DNA of 64,000 nucleotides from an uncultured Chlorobiaceae bacterium (GTDB lineage Bacteria; Bacteroidota; Ignavibacteria; UBA10030; SZUA-254): NCBI GenBank assembly GCA_964596065.1, contig CAZQSM010000001.1:69818-133817 (forward strand), in the 5' to 3' direction. Numbering within the stretch: position 1 is the first letter of the stretch; each line of letters begins with the position of its first letter. The notes under the pieces were generated by a model. It had not been told where the DNA came from. It saw only the letters and a list, made by a program, of their open reading frames with translations, and made no database searches. The position numbers were made by a program, and so were the translations under genes. This document shows, piece by piece, positions 43,625 to 55,646 of the stretch.

Positions 43625-43714
43625 TGGCGGAAAGGGAGAGATTCGAACTCTCGGTACCCTTTCAGGTACACACGCTTTCCAGGCGTGCCAGTTAAACCGC
43701 TCCTGCACCTTTCC
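43625..43714 (-). tRNA. tRNA-Ser (anticodon GGA), CCA encoded
   Basis: Revcomp reads GGAAAGG...CACGC-CTGGAAA-GCGTG (anticodon GGA)...variable arm GTACC-TGAAAG-GGTAC...CGAGAG-TTCGAAT-CTCTC...CCTTTCC-G-CCA. Confidence 0.8.
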
Positions 43715-43807
43715 GGGGATGTTCGATCAGCCCCGGGTGGGGTGGAGCCGATGGAGAACGGGGAAATATACTTGATATCCGCCGCATTTCAAAAATCACC
43801 CGGGGAC

Positions 43808-43842
43808 AAAAAAAACGCCCAGGTCGGGGGCGTGCCTGGGCG
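43808..43842 (-). terminator. Intrinsic terminator oriented for the minus strand (hairpin CGCCCAGG...CCTGGGCG followed by U8), with no annotated gene ending here
   Basis: Plus-strand A8 (43808-43815) then an inverted repeat 43816-43842. On the minus strand this reads hairpin then TTTTTTTT. Confidence 0.5.
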
Positions 43843-44077
43843 TCGTTGTAACCTGCCCGCGTCTATAGGGATAGCGCACGGACAGATATTGGGCTTACGA
43901 TTGTGAAGCGTTCGCAGTGTACCGAAACGACGACTCACTGTCAAGGAACGAAATATTAAAATTCTTTAATAATATTTTTTATAATGGTCTAATGAATTTG
44001 AGGATGTCTCTAAGAAATTTATTTTATTAAGGTTGTCAGACCCTCAACCATCCCGGACAACCAGACGAGGCAGCCAT

Positions 44078-45166
44078 ATGCGCACACCATCGATACTCAC
44101 CTTCGCCATCGTCCTCCTCGCCTTCCCGGGGGAGTGGCCATCTCCCGCGGTCGCACAGTCGGCCGTCGGTACCTACTCGATCGTGGCGAGGGACCCTGTC
44201 ACTGGCGATTTCGGGGTGGCCGTCCAATCCAAATTCATGGCCGTCGGGGCGGTGGTCCCCTGGGCGAAAGCCGACGTCGGCGCGATCGCGACGCAGGCGC
44301 TGGCGAACACGTCGTTCGGTCCGGAAGGACTCCGGATGCTTGCCTTCGGCTGGACCGCCCAGGAGGTCCTCGACTCGCTGATCGCGGCCGATCCTGGCAG
44401 GGAGGATCGCCAGGTCGGCATCGTCGATCCGCAGGGCAACTCCCTCGCCTACACCGGCACGAGGTGCCAGGCGTACGCCGGTCACCGGCTGGGTCCGGGA
44501 TACGCCGTCCAGGGAAACATCCTGGCGGGGCCCGCGGTCATTGACGGGATGGGGCTCGCGTACGAACGCACGCAGGGAGACCTGGCCGACAGGCTCCTGG
44601 CCGCGCTCGCCGCGGCGGAGAAGGCGGGCGGCGACAGCCGCGGCAGGCAATCGGCCGCACTGCTGATCGTCCGGGAAGGGGGAGGGTATGGGGGCCTGAA
44701 CGACCGGATGGTCGACCTCCGCGTCGATGACCACCCCGACCCGGTCGGGGAACTCACCCGGCTCTATGCCCTCTGGAACGGCACATTTCTCCTGGAGATG
44801 CGGATGGCCTCCGTCGCCCGCTTCAAGGTGAACAAGCAGTTCGCAGCCGCCGCGGAGGAGACCCGACGCGTGGTCGACGCGTTGAACGCGCAACTGCGCG
44901 ACCGTCCCGACGATCCCGAAGTGCTCAACCGCGTGGCGTGGATCCTCTCGACCAACGGTATCGCAAAGGAACGCGCGCTCGAGCTGGCCAAACGGGCTGC
45001 CACGCTCTCCCCGGGGGATCTGCGCATCATGGACACTCTCGCGGAATGCCATTTCCAGCTCGGTCAGGTTGACCGGGCGATCGCGATCGAATCCGAGCTC
45101 GTGGCGAAGGAACCCGCCAACGCGCACTACTGGAATCAGCTCCGGAAATTCAAGGGAACAAGATGA
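44078..45166 (+). CDS. DUF1028-family (Ntn-hydrolase-like) secreted protein with C-terminal TPR-like extension
   Basis: TYSIVARDPVTGDFGVAVQSKFMAVGAVVPWAKADVGAIATQA and RGRQSAALLIV are characteristic DUF1028 blocks. Signal peptide from MRTPSILTFAIVLLAFPGEW. Confidence 0.6.
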   Translation: MRTPSILTFAIVLLAFPGEWPSPAVAQSAVGTYSIVARDPVTGDFGVAVQSKFMAVGAVVPWAKADVGAIATQALANTSFGPEGLRMLAFGWTAQEVLDSLIAADPGREDRQVGIVDPQGNSLAYTGTRCQAYAGHRLGPGYAVQGNILAGPAVIDGMGLAYERTQGDLADRLLAALAAAEKAGGDSRGRQSAALLIVREGGGYGGLNDRMVDLRVDDHPDPVGELTRLYALWNGTFLLEMRMASVARFKVNKQFAAAAEETRRVVDALNAQLRDRPDDPEVLNRVAWILSTNGIAKERALELAKRAATLSPGDLRIMDTLAECHFQLGQVDRAIAIESELVAKEPANAHYWNQLRKFKGTR

Positions 45167-45305
45167 GGTGTGGAGGGTCCGGGGAGATTCCGGACCCCGG
45201 GGAGAACGGGGCCGCGACCGCGGACCTCCCTCGTCCGTGAATATATGCGTTGCATTTATCGGCAGAGTTCACTACCTTCTCTCTGTCAATTCGGCTCTGT
45301 TTCCC

Positions 45306-45395
45306 GGAGAGGTGGGTGAGTGGCTGAAACCAACGGTTTGCTAAACCGTCGTACGGGGTAAACCTGTACCGAGAGTTCAAATCTCTCCCTCTCCG
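45306..45395 (+). tRNA. tRNA-Ser (anticodon GCT)
   Basis: Acceptor GGAGAGG/CCTCTCC. Anticodon stem ACGGT/ACCGT with loop TTGCTAA. Long variable arm GTAC...GTAC. T-arm GAGAG-TTCAAAT-CTCTC. Discriminator G. No encoded CCA. Confidence 0.8.
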
Positions 45396-45433
45396 CTGCA
45401 AGGCACGTCCTTCACAGATCTCGCGAGCATCTT

Positions 45434-45456
45434 CCCCTGAAGGGGATTTTTATTTT
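45434..45456 (+). terminator. Rho-independent terminator after tRNA-Ser(GCT)
   Basis: Hairpin CCCCTGAAGGGG followed by ATTTTTATTTT. Confidence 0.6.
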
Positions 45457-45466
45457 ACTCCCAGGT

Positions 45467-46918
45467 ATGACGGCTCAGTCCCATCCCCGCGTCCGCTTCG
45501 CCCCGAGCCCCACCGGGTTCCTCCACGTGGGGGGTCTCCGGACCGCGCTGTACAACTACTTATTCGCCAAAAAAGAGGCCGGCACATTCATCCTTCGCAT
45601 CGAGGATACCGACCGGTCGCGATACGTCGAAGGCGCGGTGGACAACCTCATCGAGACGCTGAAATGGTCGGGACTCGATTACGACGAAGGCCCGGGGAAG
45701 GAAGGGGCCTGCGGCCCGTACACCCAGTCCGAACGGCTCGCGATCTACCGCGAACACGTCGAAGAACTGATCGCGAAACGACACGCCTACCATTGCTTCT
45801 GCGCTCCCGGGCGTCTCGACGAGATGCGCAAACAGCAGGAGAAGATGAAAATCGCCCCGAAGTACGACCGGCACTGCCTCAGGCTCGCGCCCGGGGACGC
45901 GGCCCGGCGTATCGCTGACGGCGTACCGGCCGTCGTCCGGATGAAGGTGCCTGAAAGCTCGAGCATCAGGATCGACGACATGATCAGGGGACGGGTGGAA
46001 TTCCAGAGCGACCGCGTGGACGACCAGGTCCTGTTGAAATCGGACGGCTACCCGACGTACCACCTTGCCAACGTCGTCGACGACCGGCTGATGGGGATCA
46101 CCCACGTGATCAGGGGGGAGGAGTGGCTCTCCAGCACCCCGAAACACGTTCTGCTCTACGGCTATTTCGGCTGGGACGCGCCGCAGTTCGCGCACCTTCC
46201 GCTCCTGCTCAACCCCGACCGGTCCAAACTGAGCAAGCGCCAGGGCGACGTGGCCGTCGAGGACTACCGCGCGGCCGGCTACCTCCCGGAGGCCCTCCTG
46301 AATTTCGTCGCGCTCCTGGGCTGGAACCCGGGCGACGACCGGGAGATTTTCAGTCTCGCGGAGCTCGTCCCGGAATTTTCGATGGCCCGCGTGGGGAAAT
46401 CGGGCGCCATCTTCAATGTCGAAAAGCTGCAGTGGATCAACCAGCAGCACCTGCGCCGGCTCGATCCGTCGGCGATCGCGGAGAAGGTCAAACCGGTCCT
46501 CCGGAACGCGGGAATCGAATGGGGCGACGGGGCCTACCTCGAACGCGTCATCACGATGATGCGCGACCGGCTCAACTCCTTCAGCGATTTCAACTCCTTC
46601 GCGCGCTATTTTTTCGCCGACCCCGACACCTACGACGAGGCCGCCAGGAAGAAAAACTGGTCCGGCCAGTCGGGCGCCCACCTCACGGCGCTGATCGGGA
46701 GGCTGGAAGCCGACGGAGACTTCACGGAAGCCGGCCTCGAGACGTCGCTCAAGTCGGTCGCCGGCGGGTTCGGGGTGGGGGCGGGGAAGATCATCCACGC
46801 CGTGAGGCTCGCCCTGAGCGGGATGGCCATCGGGCCCGGCCTGTACGAATTGATGATGATCCTGGGGAAGGAAACCGTGCTCCGGCGCCTCCGGAGGGCT
46901 GTGGATTCCCTCGGATGA
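45467..46918 (+). CDS. gltX: Glutamyl-tRNA synthetase
   Basis: The HIGH-type motif reads PSPTGFLHVGG. The KMSKS-type motif reads KLSKR. 483 aa. Confidence 0.9.
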   Translation: MTAQSHPRVRFAPSPTGFLHVGGLRTALYNYLFAKKEAGTFILRIEDTDRSRYVEGAVDNLIETLKWSGLDYDEGPGKEGACGPYTQSERLAIYREHVEELIAKRHAYHCFCAPGRLDEMRKQQEKMKIAPKYDRHCLRLAPGDAARRIADGVPAVVRMKVPESSSIRIDDMIRGRVEFQSDRVDDQVLLKSDGYPTYHLANVVDDRLMGITHVIRGEEWLSSTPKHVLLYGYFGWDAPQFAHLPLLLNPDRSKLSKRQGDVAVEDYRAAGYLPEALLNFVALLGWNPGDDREIFSLAELVPEFSMARVGKSGAIFNVEKLQWINQQHLRRLDPSAIAEKVKPVLRNAGIEWGDGAYLERVITMMRDRLNSFSDFNSFARYFFADPDTYDEAARKKNWSGQSGAHLTALIGRLEADGDFTEAGLETSLKSVAGGFGVGAGKIIHAVRLALSGMAIGPGLYELMMILGKETVLRRLRRAVDSLG

Positions 46919-46976
46919 GCGCCCGGCGCATGGTTTGCCTTTCGTCGGGCAATCGGATATATTTTCAGGTTCCGCC

Positions 46977-47345
46977 ATGCTGAAACCGGACGTCATCAGG
47001 ATCCGCAACGCCGTCTTCTACGCCTATCACGGCGTCGCGAGCGACGAGCAGAACCTCGGCGGAAAATTTGAAATCGACGTGGAACTCAGCGCCGACCTGT
47101 CGTCCGCACTCGAGAACGACGACCTGAAACGGACGGTGGACTACGAAAAGGTCTACGGCCTGGTCCATTCGGTCGTCACCTCGAAAAAATATTTCCTGCT
47201 CGAGGCGCTCGCCAACACGATTGCCAAGGGCATCATGCGTTCCTGGCCCGTCGTCGATTCCGTCGTGGTGCGGGTCCGGAAACCCCATCCGCCGGTGAAA
47301 GGGGTGGTGGACTACGTGGAAGTCGAAATATCAGAACATCGCTGA
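46977..47345 (+). CDS. folB: Dihydroneopterin aldolase
   Basis: IRNAVFYAYHGVASDEQNLGGKFEIDVEL is a typical FolB N-terminus. Start at Met MLKPDVIRI. Confidence 0.8.
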   Translation: MLKPDVIRIRNAVFYAYHGVASDEQNLGGKFEIDVELSADLSSALENDDLKRTVDYEKVYGLVHSVVTSKKYFLLEALANTIAKGIMRSWPVVDSVVVRVRKPHPPVKGVVDYVEVEISEHR

Positions 47346-47348
47346 GGC

Positions 47349-47870
47349 ATGATGCACCGCGTGCACCTGGGTCTGGGGTCGAATGTCGGTTCACGGTGGG
47401 AACAGTTGTCCGCCGCCGTCGCCGCCGTCGGGCAGATCGCCCGGATCTGCGCGGTGTCCCCCGTCTATGAGACGGAGCCCGTCGGCATGGAGGGAGCGGA
47501 CGATTTCCTGAACATGACGATGGAGATCGAAACCGTCGACGACCCGCCGCTGCTGATGGTGAAACTGAGGAAGATCGAGAAGGCCATGGGAAGAAAACCG
47601 TCGACGCACCATGGACCGCGGACCATCGACATCGACATCCTCCTTTACCGGGGGATGGCCTACGACGACGCCATCGTCCGCGTCCCGCATCCGCGAATGC
47701 ACCTTCGCCGCTTCGTCCTCGGGCCGCTCAACGACATCGCCCCGACGGCCCTCCATCCCACGATGGAGAAAACCGTCGGCTGGCTGTTCCGGAACTGCCG
47801 CGACACGCACCGTGTCACCCACGCCGGTTCGCTCCCCGAATCCGCATACGCGATCCCGGCTGACAGATGA
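47349..47870 (+). CDS. folK: 2-amino-4-hydroxy-6-hydroxymethyldihydropteridine pyrophosphokinase (HPPK)
   Basis: VHLGLGSNVG...PVYETEPVG...RTIDIDILLY HPPK signature. Confidence 0.85.
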   Translation: MMHRVHLGLGSNVGSRWEQLSAAVAAVGQIARICAVSPVYETEPVGMEGADDFLNMTMEIETVDDPPLLMVKLRKIEKAMGRKPSTHHGPRTIDIDILLYRGMAYDDAIVRVPHPRMHLRRFVLGPLNDIAPTALHPTMEKTVGWLFRNCRDTHRVTHAGSLPESAYAIPADR

Positions 47871-48541
47871 CGAACCGACTGGAGGAGCTGATCGGGGGGT
47901 CGAACATCCGGCACATCGCCATCGAGGGGGTGATCGGATCGGGCAAGACGTCGCTGGCGAAAAAACTCGGGGAACTGCTTCCCGCGAAGCTCGTCCTCGA
48001 GCGGTTCGAGGAAAACCCTTTCCTGGAAAAATTCTACGACGACCCCGACCACCACGCGTTCCAGACGCAGATGTTCTTCCTGCTGAGCCGCTACAAGCAG
48101 CAGCAGGAGCTCCTCCAGGCGGACCTCTTCCACCGGTACCTGATCACCGATTACATCTTCGAGAAGGACAAGATTTTCGCGTACCTCAACCTCGGCGACG
48201 ACGAGCTGAAACTCTACGAGACGCTGCTCGCGTCCATCGAACGGATGGTTCCCACTCCGGACCTGGTGGTCTACATCCAGGCGAGCGTGGAACGGCTTAT
48301 GGCGAACATCAGGGGCCGGGGGAGGCCCGTGGAAAAAAACCTCTCGGAGGAATACATCCGCGACCTCAACGAGGCGTACAATTACTTCTTCTTCCGGTAC
48401 AAGGCGGCCCCGCTCCTGATCGTGAACGCCACGCACATCGATTTCGTGAACACCGACAGCCATTACGAAGACCTCCTGATGGAAATCTTCAGGGAAAACC
48501 GCGCCCCGGTGGAATATTACAACCCGCCCGTCACCCGCTGA
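47867..48541 (+). CDS. Deoxynucleoside kinase family protein
   Basis: P-loop IAIEGVIGSGKTSLAKKL. ERF...NPFLEKFY and the RY LITDY motifs of the dNK/dCK family. Confidence 0.75.
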   Translation: MTNRLEELIGGSNIRHIAIEGVIGSGKTSLAKKLGELLPAKLVLERFEENPFLEKFYDDPDHHAFQTQMFFLLSRYKQQQELLQADLFHRYLITDYIFEKDKIFAYLNLGDDELKLYETLLASIERMVPTPDLVVYIQASVERLMANIRGRGRPVEKNLSEEYIRDLNEAYNYFFFRYKAAPLLIVNATHIDFVNTDSHYEDLLMEIFRENRAPVEYYNPPVTR

Positions 48542-48555
48542 AGGAAGGGAATGCG

Positions 48556-48747
48556 ATGCTACGGTTCCTCACGTACGCGATCCTCGCTTACATCGTCTGG
48601 AAACTCATCAAGCTGTTCGCCGCCGGGAGGGAGAGGGGGACTCACCGCCAGGACCAGCCGGTGGACTTTCCGCGCGACCAGGCATACAAGAACATCGAAG
48701 ACGCCGATTTTGAGGATATCACGGGCGACAAGGACAAACCTTCCTGA
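48556..48747 (+). CDS. Small single-TM membrane protein (63 aa), not a separate entry in the ORF track
   Basis: MLRFLTYAILAYIVWKLIKLFAAGRER..., preceded by a strong SD-like aaggaaggga 6-8 nt upstream. It is the tail of the longer track ORF 47611..48747. Confidence 0.4.
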   Translation: MLRFLTYAILAYIVWKLIKLFAAGRERGTHRQDQPVDFPRDQAYKNIEDADFEDITGDKDKPS

Positions 48748-48789
48748 ACCGGGGGGGGGCCGCGCGTTTCCCGCCCGGCGCCCGCCCGC

Positions 48790-49908
48790 GTGAATACCTC
48801 GAACCGGTGCGCGGCGATCGCCCTGCGCTCGCTGGGGCTGCTCCTCGCGCCGCGCCGCGTCCCGCCGATCCCGGAATCGCCCCGCGGCATCCTGGTGGTC
48901 CGCCAGCATGACCAGCTGGGGGATATGCTCTGCGTCCTTCCGACACTCCGCACGCTGCGCGAACGCTATCCCGGCGCCGAGATCACACTCGTGGCGAGCC
49001 CCGTCAATCACGACCCGATGGCCGGCCATCCCTGGTTGGGCAGCCTCCTCCTGTACGACAAGCGGGCCGGCCTGCTCGGACGTGAGGGGGGGGTGCGGGG
49101 TTTCCTGCGGCGACTCCGGAGCCGGCGCTACGACATCGCGATCGTCCCGTCCACCGTCTCGATCTCGCTGACGAGCGGCGTCATCGCCTGGCTCTCGCGC
49201 GCGCCGGTGCGCATCGGTCCGGGCCGGCTGGAACACCGTGAAAACCCGGGGAAATTCCTCTTCACCCATCCCGTCGACCTCGACTGGTCGGGGTCGCCCG
49301 CGAGGCACCAGGCGCTCCGAAACGCCGACATCCTCGCGCCCCTGGGACTCGAGTGCGCCGCCGGCCCCTCGCCCCTCGCCGTTTCGCCCGCCGAGGACGC
49401 GCGCGCGGCCGCGCTCCTGGCGCCGCTGCGTTCCGGCCACCCCCGGCTCTTCGGCATCCATCCCGGCGCGGCGAAAGCCGGAAACCGCTGGCCCGCCGAG
49501 CGTTTCGCCGACCTCGCGAAACGGCTCCACGCCGGATACGGGAACGCCCTCGTGGTGACCGTGGGCCCGCGGGACGAGGAGGTCGCCGGAAGACTACTTC
49601 CCCTGCTCGAGGTGCCCCACCTCGTCATCAGGAACGAGCCCATCAGGAGCGTGGCCGCGGTGATCAACCGGCTCGACTTCTTCGTTTCGAACGACACGGG
49701 GCCCCTCCACATCGCCGGGGCGCTCGCCCCGCCGGTCCTCGGGCTCTTCGGACCGACCGATCCGAAACAGTGGGCCCCGCTCGGGAGGAAGAACCACCAC
49801 ATCGCCTCGAAGGACGGGACGATCGGTTCACTCACCACGGACGAAGTCTTCCGGATGTGCGCGGTGATCATCTCCCTGGGCGGTCGGGAACCGGGCCGTA
49901 CCGATTGA
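48790..49908 (+). CDS. Glycosyltransferase family 9 (ADP-heptose:LPS heptosyltransferase-like)
   Basis: ILVVRQHDQLGDMLCVLPTL N-terminal GT9 signature. C-terminal FVSNDTGPLHIAGAL motif. Confidence 0.75.
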   Translation: MNTSNRCAAIALRSLGLLLAPRRVPPIPESPRGILVVRQHDQLGDMLCVLPTLRTLRERYPGAEITLVASPVNHDPMAGHPWLGSLLLYDKRAGLLGREGGVRGFLRRLRSRRYDIAIVPSTVSISLTSGVIAWLSRAPVRIGPGRLEHRENPGKFLFTHPVDLDWSGSPARHQALRNADILAPLGLECAAGPSPLAVSPAEDARAAALLAPLRSGHPRLFGIHPGAAKAGNRWPAERFADLAKRLHAGYGNALVVTVGPRDEEVAGRLLPLLEVPHLVIRNEPIRSVAAVINRLDFFVSNDTGPLHIAGALAPPVLGLFGPTDPKQWAPLGRKNHHIASKDGTIGSLTTDEVFRMCAVIISLGGREPGRTD

Positions 49909-49938
49909 TTTTGCCGTGCGTCTTCTGTATCTTTCGGT

Positions 49939-50904
49939 ATGAATCCAGTGATGCCGGCGGCGCCATCAGTCCCAACCGACGTCCCGATCGACCTTGAAGG
50001 CGCGATCAGGGAACTGAAAAAAGAACTGAACGCGGTCATTCTGGCCCATTACTACCAGGAACCGGAAATCCAGGACCTCGCGGATCTGGTCGGCGACAGC
50101 CTCGAACTTTCCCGGAAGGCGGCCGGGACCGACGCCGACACCATCGTGTTCGCTGGCGTCCATTTCATGGCGGAGACGGCGAAAATCCTGAGCCCCTCGA
50201 AGCGCGTCCTGCTCCCCGACCTGGACGCGGGCTGTTCGCTTGCGGAAGGCTGTCCGGCACCCGAATTCGAGGCGTTCCGCAGGCGATACCCCGGCCACGT
50301 CGCGATCACGTACATCAACTGCAGCGCCGAGGTCAAGGCGCTGAGCGACATCATCTGCACCTCGAGCAACGCCGAAAAAATCATCCGGCAGATTCCGCCC
50401 GGGCGGGGGATCATCTTCGCGCCCGACCGCAACCTCGGCGCATACCTCGTCCGGAAGACGGGGCGGGAGATGATCCTCTGGCAGGGGACCTGCATCGTCC
50501 ACGAGACCTTCAGCGAAAAGAAATTAATCGGCCTGCGCCTCGACCATCCCGCGGCGAAGCTCATCGCCCACCCGGAATGCGAGGCGGTCGTCCTCGACCA
50601 GGCCGACTTCATCGGATCGACGAGCGCCCTCTTGCGCCACGTCCAGGAGAGCCGCGACCGGGAATTCATCGTCGCCACCGAGGCGGGGATCATCCACCAG
50701 ATGGAGAAGTCGTGCCCGGGGAAGCGGTTCATCCCGGCGCCCCCCGAGGAAAGCTGCGAATGCAACCACTGTCCCTACATGAAACTGAACACCCCCGCGA
50801 AGCTCTACCGTTGCATGCTCGACCGTTCGCCCGAAATCCTCCTCGAACCGGAATTGATCGCCAGGGCCGCGAAACCGATCAGGCGGATGCTCGACATGAG
50901 CTGA
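49939..50904 (+). CDS. nadA: Quinolinate synthase
   Basis: [18 protein letters not shown]. Three Cys ligands in the NadA pattern ([25 protein letters not shown]). Confidence 0.9.
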   Translation: MNPVMPAAPSVPTDVPIDLEGAIRELKKELNAVILAHYYQEPEIQDLADLVGDSLELSRKAAGTDADTIVFAGVHFMAETAKILSPSKRVLLPDLDAGCSLAEGCPAPEFEAFRRRYPGHVAITYINCSAEVKALSDIICTSSNAEKIIRQIPPGRGIIFAPDRNLGAYLVRKTGREMILWQGTCIVHETFSEKKLIGLRLDHPAAKLIAHPECEAVVLDQADFIGSTSALLRHVQESRDREFIVATEAGIIHQMEKSCPGKRFIPAPPEESCECNHCPYMKLNTPAKLYRCMLDRSPEILLEPELIARAAKPIRRMLDMS

Positions 50905-50949
50905 CCGCCGCCGTTCGTCACCCCATCACACTGACCATATCGACAATCG

Positions 50950-53687
50950 ATGCAGACGGATACGTTCAAGACCAGATCCACCATCACCATCGGCGGCGTT
51001 GCGTTTGACTGCTTCGCGCTGAAGAAACTGTCCCGGCAGGACGCCGTGCGACGGCTCCCGGTCTCGCTCGGGATCCTGCTCGAGAACCTCCTCAGGCACG
51101 AGGGCTCCCCCGGCGTCACCCGGGAGATGATCGACGCGCTCGTCGGGTGGGACCCCGCCGCCCCCGCGTCGATGGAGATCGCCTTCATGCCGGCGCGGGT
51201 GCTGCTCCAGGACTTCACCGGTGTTCCGTGCGCCGTCGACCTGGCGGTGATGCGGGACGCGATGGTGCGGATGGGGGAGGACCCGCAGAAAATCAACCCG
51301 TTACAGCCGGTCGACCTCGTCATCGACCACTCGGTTCAGGTCGACCGGTTCGGCACCCCGGGCGCGTTTCAATACAATGCGGAGAAGGAATTCGAACGTA
51401 ACGGCGAACGGTACAGGTTCCTCCGGTGGAGCCAGCAGTCCCTCAGGAATTTCCGCGTCGTGCCGCCCGAGACGGGCATCGTCCACCAGGTCAACCTGGA
51501 GTACCTCGCACGCGTGGTGGCCACCGGGGAACGGGACGGGCGGCGGACCATCTATCCCGACACCGTGTTCGGCACCGATTCGCATACCACGATGATCAAC
51601 GGGCTCGGCGTGCTCGGGTGGGGGGTCGGGGGAATCGAGGCCGAGGCAGCGATGCTCGGGCAGCCGAGCTCGATGCTGATCCCGAACGTTGTGGGGTTCC
51701 GTCTCCACGGCTCGCTCCGGCCCGCCACCACCGCGACCGACCTCGTCCTCCGGGTGACCGAGATCCTCCGGAACAAGGGCGTGGTCGGAAAATTCGTGGA
51801 ATTTTTCGGACCGGGGCTCGGTTCGCTCACACTCGCCGACCGGGCCACGATCGCCAACATGGCACCGGAATATGGCGCCACGATGGGATATTTCCCGGTG
51901 GACGCACAGACGCTCGCCTATCTCCGGTTCACAGGACGCGACGCGGCCACGGTTGAAGCCGTCGAAACCTACTACCGGGCGCAGGGGCTCTTCCATGACG
52001 CCGATGCCCCCGACAGGCGGTACTCGGAAGAGATCGATCTCGACCTCGGGACGGTCACCGCGTGCCTCGCCGGACCGAAACGCCCCCAGGACCGCGTCGA
52101 GCTGACCCGGTCGAAAACCTCCTTCCGGACCTCGCTGGTCCGGATGCTCGATGAAACGCCGGGTGGGCCGGCGAGGGGGGGGGCCGACGGCTGGATCGCC
52201 GGCTCCGACTCACCCCGGCCGGAGTTCCTCAGGGAGGTCCGCGTATCGGACAATGGCAAGGGTTACTCCATCTCACACGGGTCGGTCGTCATCGCGGCGA
52301 TCACCAGCTGCACCAACACGTCGAATCCGTCGGTGATGGTCGCCGCGGGACTCCTCGCGAAGAAAGCGGTGGACAGGGGCCTCACCTCCAAACCATGGGT
52401 GAAGACGAGCCTGGCGCCGGGATCGAAGGTGGTCACCGAGTACCTCCGGGCGTCCGGCCTCGACGCGCCGCTCGATGCGCTCGGGTTCAACCTGGTCGGG
52501 TATGGGTGCACCACCTGCATCGGCAACAGCGGACCGCTTCCCGAACCGATCGCCAGGGCGGTACAGGAAAACGACCTGGTCGCGGTCTCGGTCCTCTCCG
52601 GCAACAGGAATTTCGAGGGCCGGATCAACCAGCACGTGCGTGCGAACTACCTCGCATCGCCGCCGCTGGTCGTCGCCTACGCCCTCGCGGGGACAATGGA
52701 CATCGACCTGCTCAACGACCCGATCGGCGCCGGGAAGGAGGGGTCGCCGGTCTTCCTCCGGGACATCTGGCCGACGCCCGACGAGATCGCGGCCACCATC
52801 AACGCCTCGCTGAAGTCGGAAATGTTCACCGGCACCTACCGGGGGGTCTTCGAGGGGGATGACGCCTGGAAGGCGATCGCCGTTCCGCCGGGCGAGCGGT
52901 TCTCGTGGGACGAGCGGTCGACCTACATCAGGCCGGCGCCATTCTTCGACGGAATGTCGCGGGAACCCGGACGGCTCTCCGACATCCCCGGAATGCGCGT
53001 GCTCGCGCTCCTGGGAGACTCGGTGACCACGGACCATATCTCACCGGCCGGATCGATCCAGGCCTCCGGGCCGGCGGGGAAGTACCTCATCGCCAACGGC
53101 GTCGACCCGGTCGACTTCAACTCGTACGGCTCCCGCCGCGGCAACCACGAAGTGATGATGCGGGGCACGTTCGCGAACATCCGGCTCCGGAACCTGCTCG
53201 CTCCCGGGACGGAGGGCGGGGTCACCATCCATCCCGACGCCCCCGCCCCTGTCAGCATCTTCGACGCGGCGGCGCTCTATCGGGTAACCGGGACGCCCCT
53301 CCTGGTGATCGCCGGCAGGGAATACGGCTCCGGTTCCTCCCGCGACTGGGCGGCCAAGGGGCCGAGGCTCCTCGGCGTCCGGGTGGTGCTCGCCGAAAGC
53401 TATGAGCGGATCCACCGGAGCAACCTGATCGGGATGGGCGTCCTGCCGCTCCAGTTCCGGGAGGGGGAGAACAGGACCACGCTCGGACTCACAGGGTTTG
53501 AAACGTACGATGTCAGGGGGATTTCCGACACGATCGCGCCGGGGACGATGCTCACCGTGGGCGTCCGGGGCCCGGACGGCACGGAACGATCATTCGAGGC
53601 CGTCTGCAGGCTCGACACCCCGATGGAAGTCGAGTACTACCGTCATGACGGCATCCTTCAGTATGTCCTTCGGGGGTTCCTGTCGAA

Positions 53688-53691
<4 letters not shown>
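50950..53691 (+). CDS. acnA: Aconitate hydratase A
   Basis: 913 aa. [13 protein letters not shown] and [12 protein letters not shown] Fe-S cluster Cys motifs. C-terminal swivel domain SRDWAAKGP. Confidence 0.95.
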
Positions 53692-55643
<1,952 letters not shown>

Positions 55644-55646
55644 TCC

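Noticed and set aside
43568-43708. 5' extension of the nfeD ORF
   Set aside because: It overlaps the minus-strand tRNA-Ser(GGA) gene and precedes the obvious signal-peptide Met at 43567.
47611-48747. 378-aa plus-strand ORF spanning folK, the dNK gene and the small membrane ORF
   Set aside because: Out-of-frame, Arg/Pro/Gly-rich read-through of two well-supported genes. Only its last about 63 codons (the small membrane ORF) are plausible.
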